This document shows positions 1 through 9,278 of a DNA stretch of 64,000 nucleotides, in pieces. A model generated the notes under the pieces. The model searched no databases. It was not told the origin of the DNA and saw only the letters and a list, made by a program, of their open reading frames with translations. The DNA lies in NCBI GenBank assembly GCA_030532905.1, contig JAUNKE010000001.1, positions 8,601 through 72,600 of the forward strand, written 5' to 3'. Origin of the DNA: Peptostreptococcaceae bacterium. GTDB taxonomy: Bacteria; Bacillota; Clostridia; Peptostreptococcales; Filifactoraceae. A program made the translations under genes and the position numbers. Each line of letters starts with the position of its first letter. Positions within the stretch are counted from its first letter, which is position 1.

Positions 1-285
1 CATCGCCGCCACATCGCGCGGGTCTTCCACCACACAGATGATGCTGTTGTCTCTGGAAGGATTTTTGCAAATCGAACAAGGACTGCTGTCCGAAATATTG
101 CAGCATTCTTCGCAATACATAATATTATTTTTTGCATTGATAATCGACTCCGCCAGCGCGCTCACATCTTTGTTCGGCATATTGATGATATGAAACGCAA
201 GACGCTGCGCAGTCTTTCTTCCCACTCCCGGCAAATGCGCCAGATTCTCGATGAGATTGTCGATATGATTTGAAAAATGTTGCAT
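1..285 (-). CDS. recR: Recombination protein RecR. The N-terminal part is present and the gene continues beyond the window start.
   Basis: The reverse-strand translation from the ATG at 283-285 reads [33 protein letters not shown]...CEEC...C, which is the RecR HhH/Zn-finger N-terminus. The start overlaps the ybaB stop by 1 nt. Confidence 0.8.
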   Translation of the reverse strand, partial: MQHFSNHIDNLIENLAHLPGVGRKTAQRLAFHIINMPNKDVSALAESIINAKNNIMYCEECCNISDSSPCSICKNPSRDNSIICVVEDPRDVAAM

Positions 286-626
286 TAGAACAGACCCGGA
301 ATTCCGAGCCCTCCGGTCACCTTGCTCATCGATGAACTCATCATCTCCTCTGCCGAAGCAAGTGCCTGATTTACTGCGGTCAAAATTAAATCTTCAACAG
401 TCTCCGCATCTTCCGGATCCAAAACCTCCGGATTGATTTTAATCGATACGATGGACTTTGCCCCGTTCGCACGCACGACCACCGCACCTCCGCCGACGGA
501 TGCTTCCACTTCCTTGGTCGCAAGCTCCTCCTGAACCTTTTGCATTTCCTTTTGCATTTTTTGAGCCTGCTTAATCATATTATTCATATTCCCGGGCATT
601 CCCGGAAATCCGCCTCTTTTTGCCAT
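285..626 (-). CDS. ybaB: Nucleoid-associated protein YbaB/EbfC
   Basis: The 113-aa ORF (MAKRGG...[12 protein letters not shown]...GGLGIPGLF) has typical YbaB family length and motifs. The conserved recR-ybaB linkage supports the call. Confidence 0.85.
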   Translation of the reverse strand: MAKRGGFPGMPGNMNNMIKQAQKMQKEMQKVQEELATKEVEASVGGGAVVVRANGAKSIVSIKINPEVLDPEDAETVEDLILTAVNQALASAEEMMSSSMSKVTGGLGIPGLF

Positions 627-944
627 TGAAACCTCCTTATTATATCTGTTTCTATCTATTATTCCTAAACATATATTTTACCACAAAAAGTCCAAAAAGA
701 ATATATGAAAATGCAAAAAGCAAACCCTTTGAGCAGAGCTTGCCGACATATTTTTTATGATTGAAAATCTATGGAAATTTTTCGTTACAATTCGGATTTT
801 GATTTTAGTCTGATTTCTATTCACATTTTACACGGAATCCGCTTTTGCAATTACGATTTATAATCTCCGCAAAACTTTTCATAGAAAAATCAAGACTTAT
901 ATGTATAGATAAATCCAATCGGCGAAAGAAGAAATAAAATTTCT

Positions 945-990
945 GTCGTGAAAAAGCAAAAACCGCTGCGGCTACAACGGTTTTTGCTTT
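945..990 (-). terminator. Rho-independent terminator downstream of the DUF438 gene
   Basis: There is a gcaaaaaccg / cggtttttgc 10-bp stem with a T-run on the minus strand. Confidence 0.6.
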
Positions 991-1095
991 AGGTATTAAC
1001 TAAGGTTATGTTTTCGGAGAATGTGTTAGCTTTGGCTAACACCTAAATAGTAACATGATAATAAATCTTTGTCAACACTTTTTTCAAAAAAATTT

Positions 1096-2067
1096 TTATT
1101 CCGCGATTCTTTTTTTCAAAAGAGCAATAAATTCTTCCGCTTCAAAGCCTCCGCGCTGTGCAACCATCTGCACATTCGCAATATTTTTCATCGTGTTCAT
1201 CACGAAAGGATTATTTATTTTTCCGTCGCAGGATGCAATTTCTTTTAAATAATCTTCAAGCTGCGGATAAAATTCAAGCAGCTCTCCGATTTGGGTTGAC
1301 GGGGTGATAACAAAATCGCAACCGCCTTGAAGATTTTCGCTTCTCGTGATTTCACCTTTGCATTTCGCACTGCGCATGGATTCACAGTCCGCGGATTTTT
1401 CTTCCGTTTGAATCATCAAAAATTCTTTGTCCGATAAAAGTGCATAGGCGGTCGGATATAGAATCTCTTCTTCCTTGCTCATCAAATCCAACCCCAGCGA
1501 AGTAACCGCCTCGTTCATTTCGCTGAAAATATCGTCCTGATTCAGCTGGATCGTATTTTGGGTATCGTCAATCAATTTTTGAAATTCGTTGTCCAAGGTT
1601 CTCATAACTTGCGACGCGACAAAAAAACCTTTGAGCTCCAACGCCGGATAAAGCCAATTTTGCTTTCTTGTAAAATGCGTTTTTTTCTCCGATAATTTAT
1701 TGTATAAATCCAAACGGATAACCGCTCCCGCCTGCTCCTTTAATTCCTGTAAAGTATATAAAACGGACTTGATTTCATCCACCTCCGCCTGATAGCTGCT
1801 CAGCGGATGATTGCTCGGCAAATGAAGTTTCTCAACTTCAATCGTTCCGTCAAAAATCTCCATAATTTCAGGCAGCTCCTCCAAGATTTCATTGTAGGAT
1901 ATACCCATATTTTCCAAATTCTGCTGTGCAATCGCAAATTCACAAGCACTGAAGGACATATTTTTCTCGCGTAAACAATCTTTCGCCTGTCCCTTGCTGA
2001 TTTCGCCTCTTAGATATTGAAACTTCAGCTCCGTCAAAAATGTCACTTTGTTGTTGTCAATGTTCAT
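1096..2067 (-). CDS. DUF438 (hemerythrin-like) plus DUF1858 domain protein
   Basis: The 323-aa ORF has a DUF1858-like C-terminal region (ITPSTQIGELLEFYPQLEDYL...NNPFVMNTMKN). An RBS (AAGGAGAG) precedes the ATG. Confidence 0.6.
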   Translation of the reverse strand: MNIDNNKVTFLTELKFQYLRGEISKGQAKDCLREKNMSFSACEFAIAQQNLENMGISYNEILEELPEIMEIFDGTIEVEKLHLPSNHPLSSYQAEVDEIKSVLYTLQELKEQAGAVIRLDLYNKLSEKKTHFTRKQNWLYPALELKGFFVASQVMRTLDNEFQKLIDDTQNTIQLNQDDIFSEMNEAVTSLGLDLMSKEEEILYPTAYALLSDKEFLMIQTEEKSADCESMRSAKCKGEITRSENLQGGCDFVITPSTQIGELLEFYPQLEDYLKEIASCDGKINNPFVMNTMKNIANVQMVAQRGGFEAEEFIALLKKRIAE

Positions 2068-2369
2068 CTCTCTCTCCTTGCCGGTTTTCTAAGTGTATCG
2101 CTCCTTCTTTACACGGTAAATTTTGAATGGAAAAACATCTGTCCACTTCATTTTGTTAATAGTATATTATATTATAATACCGCATTTCCTATTATACTTC
2201 CGTAACATCGGTTACTTCAAGTAATTTCAGTAAAAAATTTTTTTCATATTTTTTACATCTCATCACTCGTTCGAATATTTTATTTCCCATTTCTGATTAG
2301 AAAACAGTTTATATGGATAGAAATAACTTATAGGTACGATAAAAAAATTCTATACAAATGGAGGATATT

Positions 2370-2903
2370 ATGAGCATTTATGATATCAAAGTAAAAAATG
2401 TGGAAGGTGAAATGATTCCGCTTTCCGATTACAAAGGAAAGGTGTTGCTGATTGTCAACATCGCAACCGCTTGAGGTCTTACTCCTCAACTTCAAGGTCT
2501 TGAAGAATTATACAAAAAATACAATAAGGACGGATTGGAAATTCTCGGATTCCCATGCAACCAATTTTTGAGCCAAAATCCGGAGGACGGTAAGGAAACC
2601 GTAAAATATTGTATGGTAAATTATGGCGTTACTTTTGAGAATTTCGAAAAAGTGGATGTCAACGGCAAAAACGCCGACCCTTTGTTTGTTTATTTGAAAG
2701 AGCAAAAGGGAGAAGACAAAACCAATCCGGCATCCGGCGGTCTGATTGAAAAATTGACCAGCTTGGCGCAGGTTTTCCACGGCAGCGAGCTCAACTGGAA
2801 CTTTACGAAATTCCTTGTCGATAGAGAAGGAAATGTAGTGGAAAGATTTTCACCGACATACTCCGCTGAAGAATTGGATGCGGAAATCGCAAAATTGTTA
2901 TAG
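2370..2903 (+). CDS. gpx: Glutathione peroxidase. It is a selenoprotein candidate, with the in-frame TGA at 2472-2474 decoded as selenocysteine.
   Basis: The translation reads MSIYDIKVKNVEGEMIPLSDYKGKVLLIVNIATA-[TGA]-GLTPQLQGLEELYKKY...FPCNQF...WNFTKFLVDREGNVVERF. The TGA sits exactly at the catalytic Cys/Sec position of the GPx NxAxxCG motif. A CTTCAAG/CTTGAAG hairpin lies 15 nt downstream. The ORF track reports only the post-TGA fragment (2535..2903). Confidence 0.75.
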
Positions 2904-2907
2904 AAAA

Positions 2908-2944
2908 ACGAAGGGCTTTTGATTATTCGAAAGTCCTTTTTTGT
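2908..2944 (+). terminator. Rho-independent terminator of gpx
   Basis: The sequence aagggctttt...aaagtcctttttt forms a stem followed by a T-run. Confidence 0.6.
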
Positions 2945-3037
2945 ATCCAATTTGTAACTATTCGATTATTTACATCCTGATATTTATTGAGTATAATAAA
3001 GTTAAGGAAAAATTTTTCAACCAAAAAGGAGGATTCT

Positions 3038-4429
3038 ATGGAACCGGTTGTAATTGTAGCTTTTATTGTTGCACTCGTGGCGCTTGTTCTCATTACCATC
3101 CCGCTATGGTATATCAAATCACCGCCCGACAAAGCATTCATCATTTCCGGATTAGGACGACGAAAGGTCATCATCGGAAAATCCGGAGTCAAAATTCCAT
3201 TTTTACAACGACTCGACAAATTGAGTCTGGAAATGGTTTCGGTCGATGTCAAAACCGATTCATTTGTACCGACCAATGACTACATCAATGTAAAAATCGA
3301 CGGTGCCGTCAAAATCAAAATCGGCTCCGACCAAGAGTTGATTGAACTTGCCGCACAAAACTTTCTGAATCGTGCACCCGACTACATCATCGCACAGGTG
3401 AAGGATGTGCTCGAAGGAAACACCCGTGAAATCATCGGTAGTATGCCTTTCGAAAGCATCGTTCAGGATCGTAAATCCTTTGTTGAAAAAGTTCAGGAGA
3501 ACGCGGTGCCCGACCTTCGTAAAATGGGATTGGAAATCATCTCCTTCAATGTGCAATCCGTAATCGACGAAAATAATATCATCGTTGACCTCGGTATCGA
3601 CAATGTATCTCAAATTCGTAAAAAAGCTCAGATTGCAAAAGCACAGGCTGATCGAGATGTTGCCATCGCAACCTCCGAAGCGAAGAAAATGGCAAATGAC
3701 GCGGAAGTGCTTGCCGAAACCGAAATCGCATCCAAGCAAAAAGAGTTGGCGGTGCGAGTGGCTGAATTCAAAATCGAACAGGACACCAAGCAGGCGGAAG
3801 CGGATGCCGCTTACAAAATTCAGATGGAAGAGCGTCGTGCCATCATCGAGGAAAAAACCGCTGCTGCAAACCTTGTAAAGACGGAAAAAGAAGTTTTGGT
3901 TCGCCAAAGAATTTTGCAGGCGGAAATCGAAAAACAAGCGGAAGCGGATAAATTTAAAGAAATGCAGATGGCGGATGCCGAGCTGTATCGTCGTCAGCAG
4001 GAAGCGCAAGCTCGCTTGATCGAGAAGCAGCGTGAAGCGGAAGGTATTTTGGAAATCGGTAAAGCGGAAGCGGAAGCGATTCGTGCCAAAGCGCTTGCGG
4101 AAGCGGAAGGTATCAACGCGAAAGCCGAAGCGATGAAAAAATACGGTGAAGCGGCAATTTTGGAAATGTACTTCGACAAATTGCCGGACATCGCAAAAAA
4201 TGTTGCCGAGCCGTTGACCAATGTCGAAAAGATTACAATGTACGGCGATGCGCAGAATGCTAAATTAGTCGGCGACATCGTAAAAGCGACTACACAAATT
4301 TCCGACGGATTGACCGAGGGAATGGGAATCGACATCAAATCCTTTATCCAAACTTTGATGAGCAAAAAAGAAGCGCCGATGGACATTCCACCGATGGATA
4401 TTGCACCGACACCTGAGAATCCGCAGTAA
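3038..4429 (+). CDS. floT: Flotillin-like SPFH/Band-7 protein (FloT/YuaG-type)
   Basis: An N-terminal TM segment is followed by an SPFH domain and a long Ala/Glu-rich coiled coil (EAEAIRAKALAEAEG repeats). An RBS (AAAGGAGG) sits before the ATG at 3038. Confidence 0.8.
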   Translation: MEPVVIVAFIVALVALVLITIPLWYIKSPPDKAFIISGLGRRKVIIGKSGVKIPFLQRLDKLSLEMVSVDVKTDSFVPTNDYINVKIDGAVKIKIGSDQELIELAAQNFLNRAPDYIIAQVKDVLEGNTREIIGSMPFESIVQDRKSFVEKVQENAVPDLRKMGLEIISFNVQSVIDENNIIVDLGIDNVSQIRKKAQIAKAQADRDVAIATSEAKKMANDAEVLAETEIASKQKELAVRVAEFKIEQDTKQAEADAAYKIQMEERRAIIEEKTAAANLVKTEKEVLVRQRILQAEIEKQAEADKFKEMQMADAELYRRQQEAQARLIEKQREAEGILEIGKAEAEAIRAKALAEAEGINAKAEAMKKYGEAAILEMYFDKLPDIAKNVAEPLTNVEKITMYGDAQNAKLVGDIVKATTQISDGLTEGMGIDIKSFIQTLMSKKEAPMDIPPMDIAPTPENPQ

Positions 4430-4530
4430 ACCAGGCAAATAAAGTTTTGGCGAAGCCGGTTTACTTCTTTTGAAGTCGGATTATCAGCATTAAATTGAAA
4501 CCACAGAGGTTTATATAAAAACCGGAAAAC

Positions 4531-4580
4531 AAAGACCTGACTGTCCATTTGGAGCGTCAGGTCTTTGTTTTTCATTTTTT
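4531..4580. terminator. Bidirectional rho-independent terminator between convergent genes
   Basis: An aaagacctgac...gtcaggtcttt stem has T-runs on both strands. Confidence 0.7.
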
Positions 4581-4790
4581 GATATTCTTACTCCAAAAAT
4601 CGATTTTGGATTTTTATTCTCGAATTTCGTTTTGAAAATCCGATTTGTGCTTTCGATTCTTATCTTCAGAATTATTTTTCCAAATTCAATTTCGAATTCC
4701 CATTTTTAATTTCCAACAAAATATGCATTTGCTATTGCAATTTAGGTTTTAATTTCCAAATCCGATTTGCATTTTCAACAACTATGCGGC
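4581..4790. repeat. AT-rich degenerate repeats (aaatccgatttg-containing units) in a 200-bp non-coding tract
   Basis: Words such as ttttgaaaatccgatttgtgctttcg and aatttccaaatccgatttgcattttc recur. No ORF is present. Confidence 0.4.
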
Positions 4791-6560
4791 TTTTGCAAAA
4801 ATCACATCCAAATCCTGTGTCATATAGAGATAATGACCTTTTTCAAGAGTCGGCATATTTGCAAATTTGCCCTTGTTTTCTCCCGCCACGAAGCTGTTGT
4901 CTTTCACATTGATTTTCACAACAAACTCGCCTTTGGTCAAAGTAATCATTTTGGCCTTCGCATCATAATCCACTTTGTATCCTTTTGCCGTTGCAAATTC
5001 ACGAATTCCAACTTTGGAATCCGTCGGCATCGCTTGTTCTTGAGCTTGCGCCTTTTCATCGAAAATGATTCGCGTTTCAAATTTGCCATCAACGGTTCCC
5101 TGCTTTTTCACATAGTCGAGCAAAGTATCCATCAATGTATTGTACTCCGCCTTGATCGGATATTGTTTCAACATATCGTATCCGTCGCCGCCCGCAGCCA
5201 TAAAGTCATTGGTTGCGACCTTATACATCTTGTCCATCACAATCGGCTCGCCTTGAATTTTGACATTGCTGACTCTCTTGCCCGCCACCGCTTTGGTATT
5301 CAATGTGAAAGTTGCGCCGGCGATATGAGGGAATGCCCCTTTTTCATTCGGATATTCATTCGTACCATGCTCAAGCGCCGCTACGATGTCGGAGCCTTTC
5401 ACTTCTTTGACCATAATCGTGTTACCGAACGGGAATACCGTCACCATATCACGCAATGTGATGTCGCCCGTCTTGATGGATGCACGAATTCCACCGCCGT
5501 TGGTGATAGCCATATCCGCCTTTGTCAAATCCAGCATCGCATCGGTTGCAAGTTGTCCGAGATTGGATTCGCCGGTACGCACGACAGTTCGCTCGCCCAC
5601 CAATTCTTTGCTCGTCTTTCCTACCACTTTATCCAAAATCACTTTTTGTTTGTCTTCCACTTTTTTGATTGCATCCAAAATGCTCTGCTCCGGTTTTACA
5701 TTCGCCATCGCATCATATTTCAAAAGTGTCGCCTGCACATCGGTCACTTTTTTGTCGCTCAATTTGATCTCCACTTTTCCGACCGCCTTCATAGAGCTTC
5801 CCGTACTGACGATGAAAGAATTTCCTTCTTTCAAACCTTTTTCAATCATCGTATGGCTGTGTCCGTCAATAATCAAGTCGATACCTTCCACATTTTTCGC
5901 AATGATGTCGGATGTGTAATCGCCCTCATACAGACCGAGATGCGCCAACATAATGACCACATCCGCTTTTTCCGTGTTGCGCAACTTGTCAACCGACTCT
6001 TTCGCCGCCTTGACCATGTCGGTGAACACATAGCCCTTCACATTGTCCGGATGCGTTTTGAATGCGGTCTCCGGTGTCGCAATTCCGAAAATACCGACCT
6101 TCACACCCTTCACTTCTTTTACAATATAGGATTTGAACATCTGCTTGCCGTCCTTTTCGATATTGGCTGCAAGCATCGGAAATTTCAATTCCTTTTCAAT
6201 TTCAAACAAATTTTCCGCAGTAAAATCAAACTCATGGTTTCCAACCGCCATCGCATCGTAGCCGACCTCGTTGACCATCGGAATCATGCTCTTCCCTTTT
6301 TCCAAATTCGCAATCGGCAATCCTTGGAACATATCACCCGCATCCAACACGAGAATTTCGTCGCTTTTTCGAAGCTCCTCCACATAGCCGCCCAACTTGG
6401 CAAGACCGATTTGCGATTTGCCGTTATCGACAACCGCCGCATGCACATCATTCGTATGAATGATTGTGAGCGTTTTTTCTTCCGCCGCGAAAGCAGAAGA
6501 CCCGAAAATCGTTGTGGCAAGCATTACACCGACCACGACTTTACTGATGAATTTTTTCAT
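4782..6560 (-). CDS. Secreted bifunctional 5'-nucleotidase / 2',3'-cyclic-nucleotide phosphodiesterase family protein with a C-terminal extra domain
   Basis: A signal peptide (MKKFISKVVVGVMLATTIFGSSAFAA) is followed by metallophosphatase motifs (GNHEFD, DAGD) and a 5'-nucleotidase C-terminal domain. An RBS (AAGGAG) precedes the start. Confidence 0.8.
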   Translation of the reverse strand: MKKFISKVVVGVMLATTIFGSSAFAAEEKTLTIIHTNDVHAAVVDNGKSQIGLAKLGGYVEELRKSDEILVLDAGDMFQGLPIANLEKGKSMIPMVNEVGYDAMAVGNHEFDFTAENLFEIEKELKFPMLAANIEKDGKQMFKSYIVKEVKGVKVGIFGIATPETAFKTHPDNVKGYVFTDMVKAAKESVDKLRNTEKADVVIMLAHLGLYEGDYTSDIIAKNVEGIDLIIDGHSHTMIEKGLKEGNSFIVSTGSSMKAVGKVEIKLSDKKVTDVQATLLKYDAMANVKPEQSILDAIKKVEDKQKVILDKVVGKTSKELVGERTVVRTGESNLGQLATDAMLDLTKADMAITNGGGIRASIKTGDITLRDMVTVFPFGNTIMVKEVKGSDIVAALEHGTNEYPNEKGAFPHIAGATFTLNTKAVAGKRVSNVKIQGEPIVMDKMYKVATNDFMAAGGDGYDMLKQYPIKAEYNTLMDTLLDYVKKQGTVDGKFETRIIFDEKAQAQEQAMPTDSKVGIREFATAKGYKVDYDAKAKMITLTKGEFVVKINVKDNSFVAGENKGKFANMPTLEKGHYLYMTQDLDVIFAKAA

Positions 6561-6593
6561 ACAACACTCCTTTACTCCTCTATAGATATAAAC

Positions 6594-6619
6594 AAAGCGC
6601 GGAATTTCTTCCACGCTTT
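6594..6619. terminator. Palindromic hairpin (aaagcgcggaatttcttccacgcttt). It is the likely fic terminator and is a near-identical copy of the hairpin at 7781-7806.
   Basis: It is an imperfect 11-bp-arm palindrome with T-rich flanks on the minus strand. Confidence 0.5.
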
Positions 6620-6698
6620 CATTTTATCATATTTTGTTATAACGGTATAGAGTTCATCCGGCGATAATACCCGCCGTTTCGATTTTCAACGGTTTTTG

Positions 6699-7598
6699 TT
6701 AATCCCGCATAATTCTCAAATAGAAATCCAATCTTGCGTTGACATAACCCGCAAACAAATTCTCCATCGCCGATATATCATCTTTTAGATGGTATTCATC
6801 AAATGCATCGTAATAGGCGATGCGATCCGTAAATTTAATATCGATCGGCGGATAGCCCGCTTTCATCAATTCCAAATTCACGAGCAGCCTTCCCGTCCTT
6901 CCGTTACCGTCAATAAAAGGATGTATCGCTTCGAATTCAATATGAAATCGAGCCAACTTCGTCACAATCGGCTCTTGACTTGCTGAAAATTTTTCCAAAA
7001 GCTGCTGCATTTTCGGCTCAATCAAATAAGGTTGAACCGGCTCATGCTTTGCGCCCATAATTCGAACCGGCACTCTGCGATAGATACCGCGGTCCTCTCT
7101 TTTATCCGCAAGAACAAGATAATGAATCTGCTTAATAACTCTCTCGCTCATCGGAATATTATCTTTTACAAGCTCATGGACAAAATCAAAAGCCTCCTTG
7201 TGAGCGATTGCTTCCAGATGGTCTTTTAACGGTTTACGGTCGATGGTCAAGCCGCGTAAAACCAAGTCCGTTTCTCTTAAAGTTAAAGTATTTCCTTCAA
7301 TCGCATTGGAATTATAGGTGAACTCGACTGCAAATTCCTCATTCAACCTTTGAACTTCTCCTGCGGTTAAAGGTCTTTTGTTATCCAGCTCCGTCTTCTT
7401 TCGCTCAATTTGAGACAAAATACTTTCTTTAGATTTATATCGTCTGTCAGCGGGTTTTACTGCATCAACAGGAATTTTCCAGCCTCGTCCTTCTTGATAT
7501 GCACCGGCGATTTTACCTTCGGCACAAAGAACTCTTATCCTTCTATCCGAAATCCCCCATTTTTCAGCAGCCTGCTTTACCGTCATGAACATTTTCAT
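6699..7598 (-). CDS. fic: Fic/DOC family protein with an N-terminal HTH (excisionase/MerR-like) domain
   Basis: It carries the canonical Fic motif HPFIDGNGRTGR, the inhibitory helix motif SNAIEGN, and an N-terminal TVKQAAEKWGISDRRIRVLCAEGKI HTH. Confidence 0.85.
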   Translation of the reverse strand: MKMFMTVKQAAEKWGISDRRIRVLCAEGKIAGAYQEGRGWKIPVDAVKPADRRYKSKESILSQIERKKTELDNKRPLTAGEVQRLNEEFAVEFTYNSNAIEGNTLTLRETDLVLRGLTIDRKPLKDHLEAIAHKEAFDFVHELVKDNIPMSERVIKQIHYLVLADKREDRGIYRRVPVRIMGAKHEPVQPYLIEPKMQQLLEKFSASQEPIVTKLARFHIEFEAIHPFIDGNGRTGRLLVNLELMKAGYPPIDIKFTDRIAYYDAFDEYHLKDDISAMENLFAGYVNARLDFYLRIMRD

Positions 7599-7780
7599 CC
7601 CTCCAATCCATTACATTATACCTTTTTATCGGAACAATGGCAACGACATCGGAACAATACTTCTCTATTTATCGGAATAATATAGTGCAGAAGGGATAAC
7701 CTCCTCACAATTTTATAAAAAAACAACAGTTCATCCACTTCGCCACATTTTTTCTTCTCCGTTTACGCTTTTGAAAAATT

Positions 7781-7806
7781 AAAGCGTGGAATTTCTCCCG
7801 CGCTTT
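7781..7806. terminator. Palindromic hairpin (aaagcgtggaatttctcccgcgcttt). It is the likely terminator of the aminotransferase gene and a second copy of the 6594-6619 element.
   Basis: It matches the 6594-6619 element at 23 of 26 positions. A T-rich tract follows it on the minus strand. Confidence 0.5.
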
Positions 7807-7964
7807 GTGCATTGTCTGAAACATCAAAACCGGAATATCAAATCAAAATTCAATATCCAATCGAAAGCTCATTTTCGCTCACGAATAATAAAGTCGAAAG
7901 TCTCTCATCCAACTGTCTTTGTCGGCAATTCTTCACGATTGCTCCATCGCCTTCGCCATGCCGG

Positions 7965-9242
7965 CTATTTCTTTTTGCAGCCTCCGCCGCTTGGTGCCGA
8001 TCCGACTTCGTCCATCGCTTTTTTGATGATGGCAGGTGATTTGGCGCAGTTTTTCTCATCCACCGCACAAATTGCAAATCGCACACCTTTTTTGAGCGCT
8101 ACGGCATATATATTGTACTCGGTAAGTTTTTCAACCAATTTCTTCGGATGATGATACGGAATCGTCGTGAAGAAACCGTCGCGATACGGTAAGATTTCAA
8201 GTCCAACTTCCTTCGCCGCCTCAACGAAAGCATGCGCTCTTTTTTGAAGCACTTCCTTCCAGTAGTTGCGCTCTTTTTCATAAGCCTTGAGCTTCGCTTC
8301 ATCCTTATCGATTTCAATCAAAGTTTCCATCGCCGCACGCGTTCCGTTTGACCAATTCGCGCGACCCGCATGAAGACAGGAGTAGTAGAAGTCGATGACA
8401 ACATCTTCCACCGCTGAAACCCCGATAAGCGCTCCCATACGAAGTCCGTACATCGTATATCCTTTGGACATGGAGAAAGCAATCATCACAAATACATTCT
8501 GCGGCAGATTTTCAAATTTCTTGAAAAACTCGCGCTGAGAAGTTCCCTGCCCCGCATAGTCGATATATGCCGTATCCACAACCAAAATAATTTTATTTTC
8601 AGCATCCGCCTCCGCATTTTTCTTCAAAATGTCGATGACCTGATCCCATTCTTCATTGCTCAAGCTGTATCCGGTCGGATTGTGCGCCGGTGTGTTGATA
8701 ATCGCAAGCGCTCTTTTTTGGTCTTTGACGAGCTGCGTATATTTTTCGTCAAAATCCGCGATGTCAAATCCGCCTTCGTCGTTGAACAAACGGAAATTAC
8801 GAAGTCCTCTGCCACCCTCTTCCGAAATCGTCTTGTACGGCGACCAGAACCAATCCGCCACCAAAATATCATCGCCCTTGTCGGTATAATTCCAAACCGC
8901 ATGCTTCAATCCGCCGGTTCCGCCCGGAATCGCTACCGAGCGAATATGTGCATTCGGACGATACTGTGCAAAACAAGCTTTCTCAATCGCTTTCAAAAAG
9001 TCCGGTTGTCCGGCAAGCTGTGCATACGCGGCAATTCTTGCATTCGGAAGATTTTTCAGCTCGGTGTAAACCGTGTCCAAGCAAACCAAATTCCCGTCGT
9101 CATCCATAATTGCTCCGAGAGTCGCATTGATGACATTCTCTCGCCCGAATTTTTCTTCCGCTTCTTTCGCTCTACCCGCAATTTCAAAAATCGCATCATT
9201 TTCAATTGGCCATTGCGCATGCTCCGCCGTCATTCTAATCAT
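7965..9242 (-). CDS. Class I (aspartate/aromatic) aminotransferase
   Basis: Motifs NPTGYSLSNEEW, SMSKGYTMYGLRMGALIG and the PLP-lysine context are present, at about 420 aa. Confidence 0.8.
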   Translation of the reverse strand: MIRMTAEHAQWPIENDAIFEIAGRAKEAEEKFGRENVINATLGAIMDDDGNLVCLDTVYTELKNLPNARIAAYAQLAGQPDFLKAIEKACFAQYRPNAHIRSVAIPGGTGGLKHAVWNYTDKGDDILVADWFWSPYKTISEEGGRGLRNFRLFNDEGGFDIADFDEKYTQLVKDQKRALAIINTPAHNPTGYSLSNEEWDQVIDILKKNAEADAENKIILVVDTAYIDYAGQGTSQREFFKKFENLPQNVFVMIAFSMSKGYTMYGLRMGALIGVSAVEDVVIDFYYSCLHAGRANWSNGTRAAMETLIEIDKDEAKLKAYEKERNYWKEVLQKRAHAFVEAAKEVGLEILPYRDGFFTTIPYHHPKKLVEKLTEYNIYAVALKKGVRFAICAVDEKNCAKSPAIIKKAMDEVGSAPSGGGCKKK

Positions 9243-9278
9243 AATTTCCTCCTAAGATTATAAAATTTCAAACCAAAT

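Noticed and set aside
1023-1042. An 8-bp-arm palindrome GTGTTAGC-TTTG-GCTAACAC
   Set aside because: It lies downstream of the DUF438 gene and its terminator, not in a promoter region. There is no T-run and no second copy, so it is likely incidental.
2472-2474. Alternative genetic code (UGA=Trp/Gly) as the explanation for in-frame TGAs
   Set aside because: Only three in-frame TGAs were found. All are in known selenoprotein families (GPx, PrdB, PrdC) at Sec-typical positions with downstream hairpins. Many genes here terminate with TGA as a real stop (for example the 59019-59669 response regulator).
4767-6650. A 627-aa plus-strand ORF antisense to the 5'-nucleotidase gene. Similar long antisense ORFs occur at 20263-21576, 22112-23239, 24151-25014, 38017-38970, 14654-15571 and 45544-46389.
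   Set aside because: Their composition is His/Arg/Phe-rich and low-complexity, typical of reverse-frame artefacts. The opposite strand in each case encodes a well-supported protein with an RBS and conserved motifs.
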